Shown here: one piece after another, positions 39,597 through 50,413 of the stretch | Numbering within the stretch: the first letter of the stretch is position 1 | Layout of the letters: each line of letters opens with the position of its first letter | Origin: Ignavibacteriota bacterium | Lineage (GTDB): Bacteria; Bacteroidota; Ignavibacteria; UBA10030 | NCBI GenBank assembly: GCA_963727825.1 | Contig: CAVSHO010000009.1 | Coordinates: 1-64,000, forward strand | Length of the DNA: 64,000 nucleotides | Direction of reading: 5' to 3' | Translations under genes and position numbers: made by a program | Notes under the pieces: model-generated | Seen by the model: the letters and a program-made list of their open reading frames with translations, nothing else | Told to the model about the DNA's origin: nothing | Database searches by the model: none

Positions 39597-41942
39597 CTAG
39601 TTCTGTTTACTGGTAGCAGAACCCGAACTCAAAAAAATAAAGATGATTAAATACATACTTAATCCGACAAAAAAGCTTGAAGTAAAACCAAAAGTCATGG
39701 ATAGGATAACTGCCAATACCGAACCGAGAACGGTAAAAATCCCATTCACTCCATACATCCATGGTATATATTTTACCAAATTGTTCTGCTTTAGCATTTG
39801 TATCCCGGTCGGGAAAGGAATACCAAGTAAAAAACCGAACGGCGACAGTAAAACAAAACAAACAATCGCTCGAATAACCAACCCATATGCCAGTAATTCA
39901 TTTAGAATGGATGGATGGATGACAAACAGGAGCACGCCGGCAACTACTATTAAACCTGAAATATGTTTCAAACGTTTTACAACATCCTGTGAATATATTT
40001 GTCCTCCGAAAAAGCTTCCGGCTCCCATTCCAACCAGCAGAGAGCCAAGCAAAATGGATAAAGCAATCGTCGGTGAGCCAAGATAAAGAATGAATTTTTG
40101 GAATAGCGATATTTCCAAAATCATAAATCCGATGCCAATGCAAATGAAAACTAAGAGAGGAAGAAACACCTTATCTTTCTCTTTGTCCTTTTTATTTTTT
40201 TTCAATTTTGATTTTATCTTCCTAAAAGGGACTATTACCGACAATAAGGCAACCACCGCTGTTGCGGCTAGAAGGTTCACAAAGTCACCGGGCACACCTT
40301 TATCTACCTTATAAAAAAATGGGCTGTCATCGCGAACAGGAGATATATCAGAGCTATTTCTGGTTATTATGTCTCCGAGAGAGTGTTGCCCATTTTTAAT
40401 AACCTGTAACAGAATATTTTCAGTTTCATTGTTAACAGGATTATTGAGAAAAGGGAGATATGTTACCCGAGGAAAATCGGCAGGTAAAGACTTTGCAACT
40501 TTTTCTATAGCTTTTATTTCATCAACCGTATAAGCAGATTTTTTAATTACGATTGTTGGCGCATAATCGCTGCCCAAAATTATAAAGTGATTCGGCACAT
40601 CGGAATTATCAATCCCGTTTTCTTTAAAAGCATATAAAGTCGTAATAATAAGTCTAACAAGTTCCCATCTGTTGTGTAAAGTAAAAATTAGCTGACCGTT
40701 TTGAGTTAAATTATTTAAGTAATCCTTTATCGCTTCCACTGTTAGAAGAAAATTCTCATTGGAAGCAAGCCCGTCAATATTCTGCAGCTGTTTGGTTGAA
40801 GGAAGGGCCAGGACAATGATATTGTAATGCTGCCGGGTGCTTTTTATGAAATGGCGGCCTTCAGCCACTTCGATTTTCACACTTGGAAAATTTGTATAAA
40901 TACCTCCGTTAAAGTCACTGTATTTTTTTACTATCTCTACAAAATCCGGGTTCACTTCCACACCGGTAATTTTTTGAACCCCTCCAAGAATTCCTGTAAG
41001 AATTTCTCCCCCGCCGCCAGGACCTATAACCAGCATATTTTCACTTTCTTCTTTAGTCAGAAAAAGAAAAGGAATTGCCGTTGAATGGTGCAGCAAAATC
41101 TTATTAAGAAGTGTATCATGGCGTGCAATGTTCCCATTGAACTTGTACATTTGGGACCCTGCCGCGCCGTCGATGAAAAGATCTTTAATAATATTTTGGT
41201 TGTTATATTCGACTAAATCCGATCTTCCATTTATGCTCCACCTGCTATCGATGATATTGGGATTTATATTTGGATCGTCATAGGTATAATAAATGTCCTT
41301 TTCAGGAAAGTTTCCAATCGGAATTTTCCCTAATAACTCCCTTTTCCCAAAAACTGTCAACACAATAGCCAAACTGATAAGAGCTAGATACAGCAAAATT
41401 TGTTTTTTCTTTTCAACATTCAAATAATTAATTGATGAAATAAATAGAACAAGAGCCAAAAATAGAACGGCATTTGCAGCATTGAATAAATTGAAAACGT
41501 AAATTGATAAGACAGACCCTAATGCTGCGCCAATGAGATCCGAAGCATAAATTCTAAAACCGGCACTTGCATAATTGCTAAAGAACTCAGCGTATACGAT
41601 TCCAGCAAAAAAGAAGGGGAAAAAAAGGAAGGAAAAATAAATGTACGGGTTAGTTATGGATACGATAATTTCCAGTACGATAAATAATATAAGTGAAATA
41701 CCTGAAAGGAAGATGAACTTGCCGAATATTTGGGGACCTTTGGTTGACCCCTCTTCAGGTTTTATTTTGTAATAGGAATAAATTCCGCCGCTTCCCAGCC
41801 CCAAAATAGCCAGGGACAAAATTATAAAAGCATAATTTTGAACAAATATTAAGGAAGAAATTCTTGTGGATATTATTTCAAAGCAAATAACAACTGCTGA
41901 GACTACAAGAATATTGAGATTTACGCCTTTAGCATTGTTCAT
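39597..41942 (-). CDS. Polytopic membrane protein: two MFS-like TM bundles flanking a spermidine-synthase-like class I SAM-binding domain
   Basis: About 7 N-terminal TMs (YASDLIGAALG), a central domain with LVIGPGGGGEI, GVEVNP, EGRHF and DDSPFF, and about 7 C-terminal TMs (GIGFMILEI, LGIPFPTG, YGVNG). Confidence 0.85.
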   Translation of the reverse strand: MNNAKGVNLNILVVSAVVICFEIISTRISSLIFVQNYAFIILSLAILGLGSGGIYSYYKIKPEEGSTKGPQIFGKFIFLSGISLILFIVLEIIVSITNPYIYFSFLFFPFFFAGIVYAEFFSNYASAGFRIYASDLIGAALGSVLSIYVFNLFNAANAVLFLALVLFISSINYLNVEKKKQILLYLALISLAIVLTVFGKRELLGKIPIGNFPEKDIYYTYDDPNINPNIIDSRWSINGRSDLVEYNNQNIIKDLFIDGAAGSQMYKFNGNIARHDTLLNKILLHHSTAIPFLFLTKEESENMLVIGPGGGGEILTGILGGVQKITGVEVNPDFVEIVKKYSDFNGGIYTNFPSVKIEVAEGRHFIKSTRQHYNIIVLALPSTKQLQNIDGLASNENFLLTVEAIKDYLNNLTQNGQLIFTLHNRWELVRLIITTLYAFKENGIDNSDVPNHFIILGSDYAPTIVIKKSAYTVDEIKAIEKVAKSLPADFPRVTYLPFLNNPVNNETENILLQVIKNGQHSLGDIITRNSSDISPVRDDSPFFYKVDKGVPGDFVNLLAATAVVALLSVIVPFRKIKSKLKKNKKDKEKDKVFLPLLVFICIGIGFMILEISLFQKFILYLGSPTIALSILLGSLLVGMGAGSFFGGQIYSQDVVKRLKHISGLIVVAGVLLFVIHPSILNELLAYGLVIRAIVCFVLLSPFGFLLGIPFPTGIQMLKQNNLVKYIPWMYGVNGIFTVLGSVLAVILSMTFGFTSSFFVGLSMYLIIFIFLSSGSATSKQN

Positions 41943-41944
41943 CT

Positions 41945-43715
41945 CTATTTGGAAGCGATTGCATTGGATAGAACGTTTTCAAATATTTTCACCCTGTATT
42001 TTGTCTTTAACCTTGCATCGACCTCATCCGAAATTTGTTGGCGGTAATAATTTTTGAACTCTTCTTCTATTATATTACCTTTAACGTCGTCATAAGTAAG
42101 CTGCTTTTCCGGTTCGATCTGAAAACATTTAATAACAGCAAACTGTTTCCCATTCTGTAGAATCGTCATATTCAATCGGTCCGGCGGATTCGTTTAAGCT
42201 CAATGTAAATGCAGCCTTTGCCAGGTAGTCTCCGCCTGGAGTCCTATAAGCTTTAAGCGACCCATCGCGTTCACGAATAAATACTTTATCCCACCAGGTA
42301 TGTGAGACCTTTTCAAATGGAGTTCCTTTTCTAATTTCATTTATATCTGCAGCGGCCTTTGCGCTATCCGAATAGATCCTTGCATAGATGTACACTTTCT
42401 TTAACTGATAAAATATTGGGTCTTTATGATCTTCATAGAATTTATGTAATGCTTCCGGTGTCGCTTTTGGTATACTTCCTTCAATAACTGCTTGATTGTA
42501 TAAATATATAAGCCTGTCTTCTATAGCGAGGTTTTGCGTATACGGTTCTAATAATTTTTTCTCCAAGCCAAGTTTCTTTGCGGCCATAATAACGTTGTTA
42601 TCGTACATAATCTCTAAAATAAAATCTTTGACACTGACAGAGTTTAGCGTAGTATTGGGATTCAAAATTACGACTTCTTCCAGCAGCCGGAGATATTCCT
42701 TTAAATCAACTTTACTATTATTGTATGAAAGTATCTCAAAATTATTACCATTCGAAATTGCATGTTGAATAGTATCTTTATAAGCACCGCCATAGAAGCG
42801 GTCATCCTCGGTCGACCATTTCGCAATTTGGTCTAATCCGGTTTGATTCCACTTTATCGAGCTCTTATCAATAAGTCCATGCTTAAAGTTTTCGTACGCC
42901 TTATTATATTCCTCATAGTATCCCTTCTTAAGTTGTGACATTATCTCAGTTTTCATTTTTTTAAACGGTTTCAATTTTATTTTTTTAATGTCCAGAACCT
43001 TTACTATGTGAAATCCGTCCATAGATTCTATAACTCGGGTAAATCCTTTTTTAAGTCTAAAAATGACATTTGCAACTGGGTCAATCATTGTTTCTGACCA
43101 GGTCACTTTCCTTTTAGCATTTAGGTTAAAACTATTTAACGAATAAGACTTTGCGAGACTCTCGATATCATAATTCTTGCTAAGACCGGTTTCTATTCCT
43201 AATGCAATTGTTTTTAGTGAGTCAAGCTTCTCTTTTGTCGGATGTGCGGGAAACGGCAATGTTATATCATTACATATAAGTTCCTTATCCATTTCTTTAT
43301 AAGCTTCGGCTGCCCTTCTTTCATTAACATACTTTTCCACAAAACTTTTATCAAAGAAACTGCTCAATAATTCATTATTAATATTACGACGTATTTTCCC
43401 CATCAAATCTTGATTCTCATCTAATCTTCTATCAAAAAAATCAAAAAGTTGTAATCGATATTTTATCAGATCTTTCAATGCGTTTTTGTAAATATCGGAT
43501 TTGACACGGAACCTATTCTGGTACTTCCAGTCAGCTATATATTGCCTCAGGTCCTTTAGAGTTACCAAATAATTGTTATCTATCTTAGCCACTACTTCAT
43601 TATCGCCAATTATATTTGGTTTGTCTTGCGCATGGCCAACAAATGCAGAAAATAATATGAATAAAAACAGGCATTTTATTAATTTCATTAAAAGCTCCAT
43701 TAGTAAATCAGGCAT
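41945..43715 (-). CDS. SurA/PrsA-like peptidyl-prolyl isomerase (foldase), copy 1 (frameshift near 42155)
   Basis: Signal peptide, EVVAKID, IESLAKSYS, GFHIVKVLD, LHKFYEDHKD, AAFTLSLNESAGPIEY and QLTYDDVK. Confidence 0.82.
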
Positions 43716-43872
43716 AACCTGTCATAAAAATTCATTTGTAGAAATAAGGATTTCAATCCGTAAAATTCGTGGCGATCTTTTTCTCACGTTTTGTGAACTG
43801 CATGATCAGTCCAAAATGAGTATTTGACTTTTTTGTAGGCAGTATAAATAGAATCCGTTCTCTTCTCAATTA

Positions 43873-43905
43873 AATCAAAACCCCGGATAGACCGGGGTTT
43901 TGATT
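43873..43905. terminator. Perfect hairpin / bidirectional terminator
   Basis: AATCAAAACCCCGG-ATAGA-CCGGGGTTTTGATT. Confidence 0.8.
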
Positions 43906-43937
43906 GTATCATGTCATTATTAAGAAATGGCAAGAAG

Positions 43938-45708
43938 TTATTTCATCAAGACCATGCTCTTAGTAATTACATTATTTCCAGCTCTTAGTTCATATAAGTA
44001 AATGCCGCTCGACAAACCGGATGCATTGAAATTAACGTTATATGAATTAGCAGCCTGATAACCGTTTACCAGAGAAGCAACTTCCTGACCCAGCATGTTA
44101 TAGACTTTCAATGTGACATTTCCAGCCTTAGCAATTGAATAGCTTATAGTTGTGCTTGGGTTAAACGGATTCGGATAATTTTGCTGCAACTTGAACCCCT
44201 GTGGAAGCTCTTGTTGTGTAGTCGCAACACCAGTTAATTTCCCTGTGCTCAAGACATTCTGAATGCTAGCTAATTCAGTAGCTTCTTGAGCTTTCCACGT
44301 TGCATATTGAGTTGGGAACCAATCTAAGTCTCCAACCGGGAATTTACCAAGTCCGGCAGTCAACAAAGTAGCATCAGTATAGGAAAGATTAATAGGAATC
44401 GGCCAGTCAGCATAAGTGAAATAGGTGGCTTCTGGATTACTTGCTTGACGCCAGGATTTCAAACTACCCGTGAAAGATGTGTCAACTGTTTTTGTTGAAA
44501 AAGTTGCTATTGTCGTAAGCTGCGTCGTGAACAATACATCAGTATTTTTAAAAGTAGGTTTTGTATTCTCAATCCATCCTTGAACGTTGACTTTTGGATA
44601 GGTTGTCTTATTCGCAATTACGGCTAAAGTTCTTGAGTTCGCTTCAATCATCTGGGTGACCCACGCTGTATTGCCATCTACCTTGTTAGTATTTTCTGTT
44701 GCAGCGATAGTAGAAAGTGATGGATCCCAATAAACTAAGTTCTTGTCAGCATAAAAGCTTGCACCGTTAGCAGCAAAAGTGGAATCTCCTTTTAGGTTAA
44801 CAATACCCATAGGCAGGCCATCCGGATCAACTTCACCTACATCAACGTTTGAAAGGACAGAGCAATAGGGTTGTATCGTGGTATTTACAAAAATATTGTT
44901 TGTTACACTGAATTTCGGAATATCGGCAGCGGAATTCATAAACACATAACCGGAGCAATCAATGAAATCATTGTGATTGAAAAGATTTCTACCCGTACTA
45001 TATGTAGGTCGTGTTTTGAACAGACTGCCCTGGGTATTCACGAAAGTACAATTTTCAGCCATAATTGTATCCACGTTACCAAAGTAGTCAATAACACCGC
45101 CGTTACGCCTGCAAGTATGACCGTCGAGATTTACAAAGTAATCGTTCGTCAAGAAGCAGTCCATATTGGATGCGGGAGATATTACCACCCAAAAATTATG
45201 CTCTATAATACAGTTATCAACTCTGAGTTTCGTACTTGCGTTGCCATTAAAGAAGCCCCATCCTTCGCCGCCGGCAGAATTACCAATTTCAATATCGCAG
45301 TTTGCTACAGTCAAGTCACCACCAGGGGCTCACGTTCATGCCTCCTGTGGAGGAACCGCCTTGGTAAACAGCACCTTGAAGAATCGGCGGCGGAGTACCT
45401 GTATTTATTTTTAAAGATGTTTTTGTTTCACCCATAACAATAGTTTTATGCTTTCCACTCGATGTAGGATTATTAACGAGCGAATAAACTCCTGCGTTGT
45501 GCAGCATATATACACGAGTTGCCGGTGACAATGAGTCTGAATTCATAAGTGAATACAGAGTATTCTGGCCATTATAATCACCATCATCTTTTACCCAAAG
45601 AGTGTCGCCGCTTGTTTTCAAGATATATTGTGGATCAGGAGATCCCGTAGCAAATACCAATGATACTAGAAGCAACATCATACCGAAAAGTAATATCGCG
45701 TTCTTCAT
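43938..45708 (-). CDS. T9SS-sorted TBDR-partner protein, probably beta-helix-like (frameshift in C-run near 45326)
   Basis: Signal peptide, repeated xNCxF / NNIF strands, WPIPINLSY..GKFPVGDLDWFP and a QNYPNPFNP CTD. Removing one C gives SPGGDLTVANC. Confidence 0.8.
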
Positions 45709-45830
45709 ATTTAGAACTCCTTAACTGAGTTGTTTTTTGTAAATTTTAGTGAATTAGTTACGCTTTGTTTCTTTCTTTATGAATTCCATCTACCCCCTTC
45801 CTTTAAATATTATATTATTAGAATAGACCA

Positions 45831-48800
45831 TTAAAAAGAATATCTTAGATTCAGCTCGAATGTTGTCGGTGAATATAAGACTGAGACTAAGTTTTGAGTT
45901 ATTGGAGCATCCGGATTCACTCTGTAATTACGATATGTATTTATTCCATTGTGAAAAATATTTACTCCATTCAAAGCTATGCTCAAACCATCAATAGGCA
46001 GATTTTGTTTAAGCGTAAAATCCCATCTATAAATATTGCCGGTAAAGGAAGATTCTTCAGGCCTTATACCCACGTTGTTTATTATATTACCGGTCATACT
46101 AAATGATATACGACCGGAGAAGCCTTTATAGTCGACGCCGAGCGCAGCGTTCACCACATCGTCTGCCTGATTAATTAATCTTCCCTCATACGTCGTATCA
46201 ACAGTTATATATGTAGTCTGGTTCACTTTCCTGCCGTTGACTACGACCGGGATAAGAACCGGATTATTTTCAATTATACGATAAAGCGTATTTGATCCTG
46301 ATTTTGTGTAGTTTACATCTAACACAACAGAATTAAACGGTTTTGGCAAATACCAGAAATTTGTCTGCCAGTCAATTTCAACACCTCTAACAAAGCCGGG
46401 GTTAGGATTATTTAAAGAAGTATAAACTATATCTTGGGGCCTTGTTTGATAACTAAATCTGTCCATTAAAAATGCTGAGTCAGGAATGAAGGGGTTATTA
46501 GTGTACTTAGAAAGATTTCCATAGTAAACTTGGGTACCATACATTTGATTTTTTATTACTTTATAGAATCCGTCTATTGTAAATAGACCTATTGAATTAT
46601 CGTGAATAGTCGAAACAACATCACCGTTTTGTACTGTAGCAGGTAATAGGTATGGATTTCCTGCTTCATAATCTGCACCAGGATAAACAGCAAGTTTAGG
46701 AATAATTGCTGTATAATCCGGGCGGGAAATACCGGTCGTATAGGCAAGTCTACCATCGAACCAATCGTTAAATTTATATTGGAGCTGCACATCGGGAAAT
46801 ACATTTACATCCGTTCGGTTAACGTTGCAACTATTCCAGGGAACAGTGTGATTTATACCAGTATCATTGACAGCAATTTGGTTTCCATTTGTACAAATTG
46901 CGTCACCATAAACACTATGAATAACAAATGTAAAATTGGCATGGTAAATCATATTATAACTTTCGTAACGGGCACCGCCAAGTAAAGTTAACTTTGGCCC
47001 AATATTAAAAGTGCCCATCAAATAACCCGCTGAAAATTGCTCTGCACCGTTCCAATCATTTTTCCAGCTATCATCTTTCTTTACCTTGTCCGCCCAGCCT
47101 TGTTCTGATACTTTCAACCATGGATCATAGATATCCGGATCTATTACATACTTAAAACCTCCATTAGTAAAATTATAAAAACTATTTAGAAAATATTGCC
47201 CTCTCGTAAAATTAGGATCCATAACTTGTGTAAGTCTCAACTGATTTTGAGGAGTGAGGGTTACACCCGGAAAGTAATTATTTGATGCCGGATTTGCGTA
47301 CAAATCCCCAGGGCCATGGGCAAAATCCTCATCGACATTATTTTCACGTGTCGTTCTTATATACTTACCGCCCATTTTAAATTTTGCCGTAAAATCATTA
47401 GAAAAGTTAACCGGCGCCGTTACATCAAAAGATCCATTATATAAGTGCTGGCGAAACTGATTGGCGATATCAGAAACCCATCCTGCTATCGTTGCACTAT
47501 CAGCATCTGCCGGGTTGAGATTGTCAAGGATTTGACATGCTTGCGTAAGTGTCATATTACGCTCTGCGGTAGAGGAATAATATGTTATCGGCTGGCCATT
47601 AGAGACACCAAATGGTGCATTATAACTAGACTGATTTGTAAAATCGGTCCATGGATTATACGCATGCCCAAATATTGTATATTGTTCTGTGGCAGAGTGC
47701 GATAAGCTTGCTTCTATTTTTATATCACCAAAAGTATTTTCTACCTGAAGTGCATTAATCCATAAATCCTTTCCATACAGTTCGCGATCAGCGGTATAGA
47801 TTACACTCGTACCATCAAAACCTAGTTGAATCTGGCTATTATTTTGATCCGTAACATTACCGGCATAAGTATTCTGCAAAACTATTTTACCATTCGGAAG
47901 TTTATAATCCAGTATCAGACTCCCGCCGCTGTTTTTGACAAGATCGTCATCGTATTCGAAGTTTGCACCTGTAGCATGGTAGGTAGCCTGACCGTATGCT
48001 AAACTGCCTGATCCATCGATTGTCTCTGAAAGGGAAGCGGATTGGTTCCCTCCATCAGAACGGTCCATATTCCCTTGTATGAAAACACCTAATTTATCAT
48101 CAAAGAAACGCTGACTGATACTTGCCCAAAACTTATAATTATCTGCTACATGATCTGACGCATTGTAATTCCCTTGACTTAGCACGTCAAAATGAAGACC
48201 CGATTGGGCTTCCCTTATTTTTAAATTAACAGCGCCGCCAATTGTATTTGCATCCATATCCGGCGTAAGTGCTTTTATGACTTCAATGCCGGAGAGCAAA
48301 TTTGATGATATAAAACCAAGATTTGTTGCACGGTTGTTCATGTCCGTTGAAGGTAATTCAATACCATTTAATAGGACTTGATTCAATTTAGCCTGGACTC
48401 CACGGATAACTACCTCGTCCCCGTTCATAAGGGAAACACCGGGTAAGCGGCTCAGTGCAGTAGCTGCATTATCATCAGGAAGCTCATGGATTCTTTCAGA
48501 AGAAACAACATTGGTTATTGTGTTGGAAGATAGCTGCTGGTTGATTGCCGCTTTCTGCCCTCTCGCCTGAGCGGTTACAATGACTTCTTCGCCTTCAATG
48601 GCTTGAGCCTTGAGTGAAAAATTTTGCTCCAGCTTTTCACCCGATTTCACTTCTATAGGAATTTCTTTCCCTTGATAACCAATGTAGCTAACTTTTATTG
48701 TGTATGAACCGGCAGGAATCGAGTTTATAGTATATTTACCATCAATATCAGATGGACATCCCAAGCTGGTACCTTTTATTAAAACATTTGCCCCGTACAA

Positions 48801-48926
48801 AGCCTCACCGGTTGTTGCATCTGTTATAGTGCCTTGAATTTGTCCTGATTCCTGTTGCGCCAACAGGAAAGGAGTACCAAGCAACAGAATAGAAATGAAT
48901 GCGAAAATTTTTATAAAAGTTTTCAT
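45831..48926 (-). CDS. TonB-dependent receptor, Xanthomonas/Caulobacter-type (not SusC)
   Basis: CarboxypepD_reg-like N-domain, AQARGQKAAINQQ, ELPDDNAATALSRLPGVS, IEVIKALTPDMDAN.IGG.VNL and C-terminal LNLRYSF. Confidence 0.92.
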   Translation of the reverse strand: MKTFIKIFAFISILLLGTPFLLAQQESGQIQGTITDATTGEALYGANVLIKGTSLGCPSDIDGKYTINSIPAGSYTIKVSYIGYQGKEIPIEVKSGEKLEQNFSLKAQAIEGEEVIVTAQARGQKAAINQQLSSNTITNVVSSERIHELPDDNAATALSRLPGVSLMNGDEVVIRGVQAKLNQVLLNGIELPSTDMNNRATNLGFISSNLLSGIEVIKALTPDMDANTIGGAVNLKIREAQSGLHFDVLSQGNYNASDHVADNYKFWASISQRFFDDKLGVFIQGNMDRSDGGNQSASLSETIDGSGSLAYGQATYHATGANFEYDDDLVKNSGGSLILDYKLPNGKIVLQNTYAGNVTDQNNSQIQLGFDGTSVIYTADRELYGKDLWINALQVENTFGDIKIEASLSHSATEQYTIFGHAYNPWTDFTNQSSYNAPFGVSNGQPITYYSSTAERNMTLTQACQILDNLNPADADSATIAGWVSDIANQFRQHLYNGSFDVTAPVNFSNDFTAKFKMGGKYIRTTRENNVDEDFAHGPGDLYANPASNNYFPGVTLTPQNQLRLTQVMDPNFTRGQYFLNSFYNFTNGGFKYVIDPDIYDPWLKVSEQGWADKVKKDDSWKNDWNGAEQFSAGYLMGTFNIGPKLTLLGGARYESYNMIYHANFTFVIHSVYGDAICTNGNQIAVNDTGINHTVPWNSCNVNRTDVNVFPDVQLQYKFNDWFDGRLAYTTGISRPDYTAIIPKLAVYPGADYEAGNPYLLPATVQNGDVVSTIHDNSIGLFTIDGFYKVIKNQMYGTQVYYGNLSKYTNNPFIPDSAFLMDRFSYQTRPQDIVYTSLNNPNPGFVRGVEIDWQTNFWYLPKPFNSVVLDVNYTKSGSNTLYRIIENNPVLIPVVVNGRKVNQTTYITVDTTYEGRLINQADDVVNAALGVDYKGFSGRISFSMTGNIINNVGIRPEESSFTGNIYRWDFTLKQNLPIDGLSIALNGVNIFHNGINTYRNYRVNPDAPITQNLVSVLYSPTTFELNLRYSF

Positions 48927-49887
48927 AGCGAACTCTCATAATTGGTGATAGATAATGAGTTTTATGTAAGAATAAAATTAAGAGAAATATTTTTCTAAAT
49001 TTCTTGTTGTAAATGGATATGCTGCAAGGGTAACAGATGGAGAGAATAATCCAAGGCACCAATCGATGTTCTGATTTTCAATTCTATGAAGCATTGCTAA
49101 TTCCATCTTCACGTCCACAAGGTTCAATAAAATATTTTTTTCTTGAAACAAGCGAATAGCTATCGCCGAGAATTGAACAGACTTTAACTGCTTCGATATT
49201 AATTAAATCTGTTTAACAAAGCAAGCTTTTTTTTATTTTTTTTAAAAAAATTTTCCTACTAACAAGAAAATCCTTCTCCGCCTTCATACCTGCATTATAA
49301 ATAATATTACCCATGAATTTATATATATTGATTCTTTTATGTCCGACCCAGATGTTTATAAAAACTAAAGAGTTATTTTTCTTTTAACAATAAAATTTGT
49401 GTTTAGTTTAGTAATGTATGTAGTGATATATACCCGTTTGTTACAAATATCAAAATTGGAACGAAATTGTTCGAATATTCAACACCACGTCATACATCAT
49501 ACATGCGAATAACAATTCATTGCATTTTTTATTGCACCATATAGTGTTGTCTTATATATATGCAGTGTAAAGAGGCTGATGACATAACTACTATATTTTT
49601 ATCCCGACGGGTAAAAATGGGCAATCTCTCCCATTTGCTTTATGCGATGCATTAGTTCCTGCTTGAATGTATCGTGCCTGTGAAGAAACTCCTCTCGAAA
49701 CGTGCATTTTATTATTTGTGCTTATACAACTTTACCTTTCGGATACCATACTCTTTTCCAGTTAGGCACAAGTGCCTTCCATGGTGATCTTCATCTGTAT
49801 TCTAGGCATGGCCAGCAACTCAATTTTCTTTTATAAATGCGCCTTCCTCTATTATAATGGTGATCACGGCATTCGTTCCAGCATTAA

Positions 49888-50001
49888 TAAACATCCTCGC
49901 AGTCCCGCTTAGCGGGAGTCTAACGTTCTGGATTCCTCCCGACTTTGTCGGGACGGGAATGATGCCGCAAGCAGCGGGGTATTAGACCCGAAAAGAATAA
50001 A
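49888..50001. mobile_element. Possible non-autonomous IS200/IS605-type palindromic remnant with nested hairpins
   Basis: CCGCAAGCAGCGGGGTATTAGACCC end motif, with internal TCCCGCTTAGCGGGA and TCCCGACTTTGTCGGGA hairpins. Confidence 0.4.
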
Positions 50002-50294
50002 AGATTGAAAAAATATTATAACATCGCTCCGGGTTATATAGAATTGAAACAAAAATAAATTTTAAAAAATGAAATAAATCTATTCGGTTATGCTGAAAAA
50101 ATATTTATCAAATTTTACTTACTTGTTGATATATTATTTTTGCGAAGGAAATCTCGTATCGCAATAAAATAGAAACCGTTCTCTGGTGCTGACTGAAGAT
50201 AAAACTGATAGTTAGAATATAAGCAATAAAAAAATACGTTTATAACGCATCGAAGAATCCTTCTACAAATAGTTATCCAAGTTCAAATATAAAA

Positions 50295-50401
50295 AATCCC
50301 GGCTTGCTGTCGCAGGTCGGGATTAAAAGTATATAAATCCTTTTTCTAAAACAAGGTATAAATATAAGTGCGACTCACTTATGCAGTGAGCCACACTTAT
50401 T
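50295..50401 (-). terminator. Two hairpins downstream of the FG-GAP gene
   Basis: AATCCCGGCTTGC pairs with GCAGGTCGGGATT next to an A-run, and TAAGTGCGACTCAC pairs with GTGAGCCACACTTA. Confidence 0.65.
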
Positions 50402-50413
50402 TAAAAGAAGATA

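Noticed and set aside
39597-41942. Annotation as true spermidine synthase (speE)
   Set aside because: It lacks the GGGDG and DxxD aspartates, and it is a large polytopic fusion.
45831-48926. Annotation as SusC/RagA
   Set aside because: It lacks the SusC plug motifs (LKDASA.AIYG) and there is no SusD downstream. Its motifs match the Xanthomonas/Caulobacter-type receptors.
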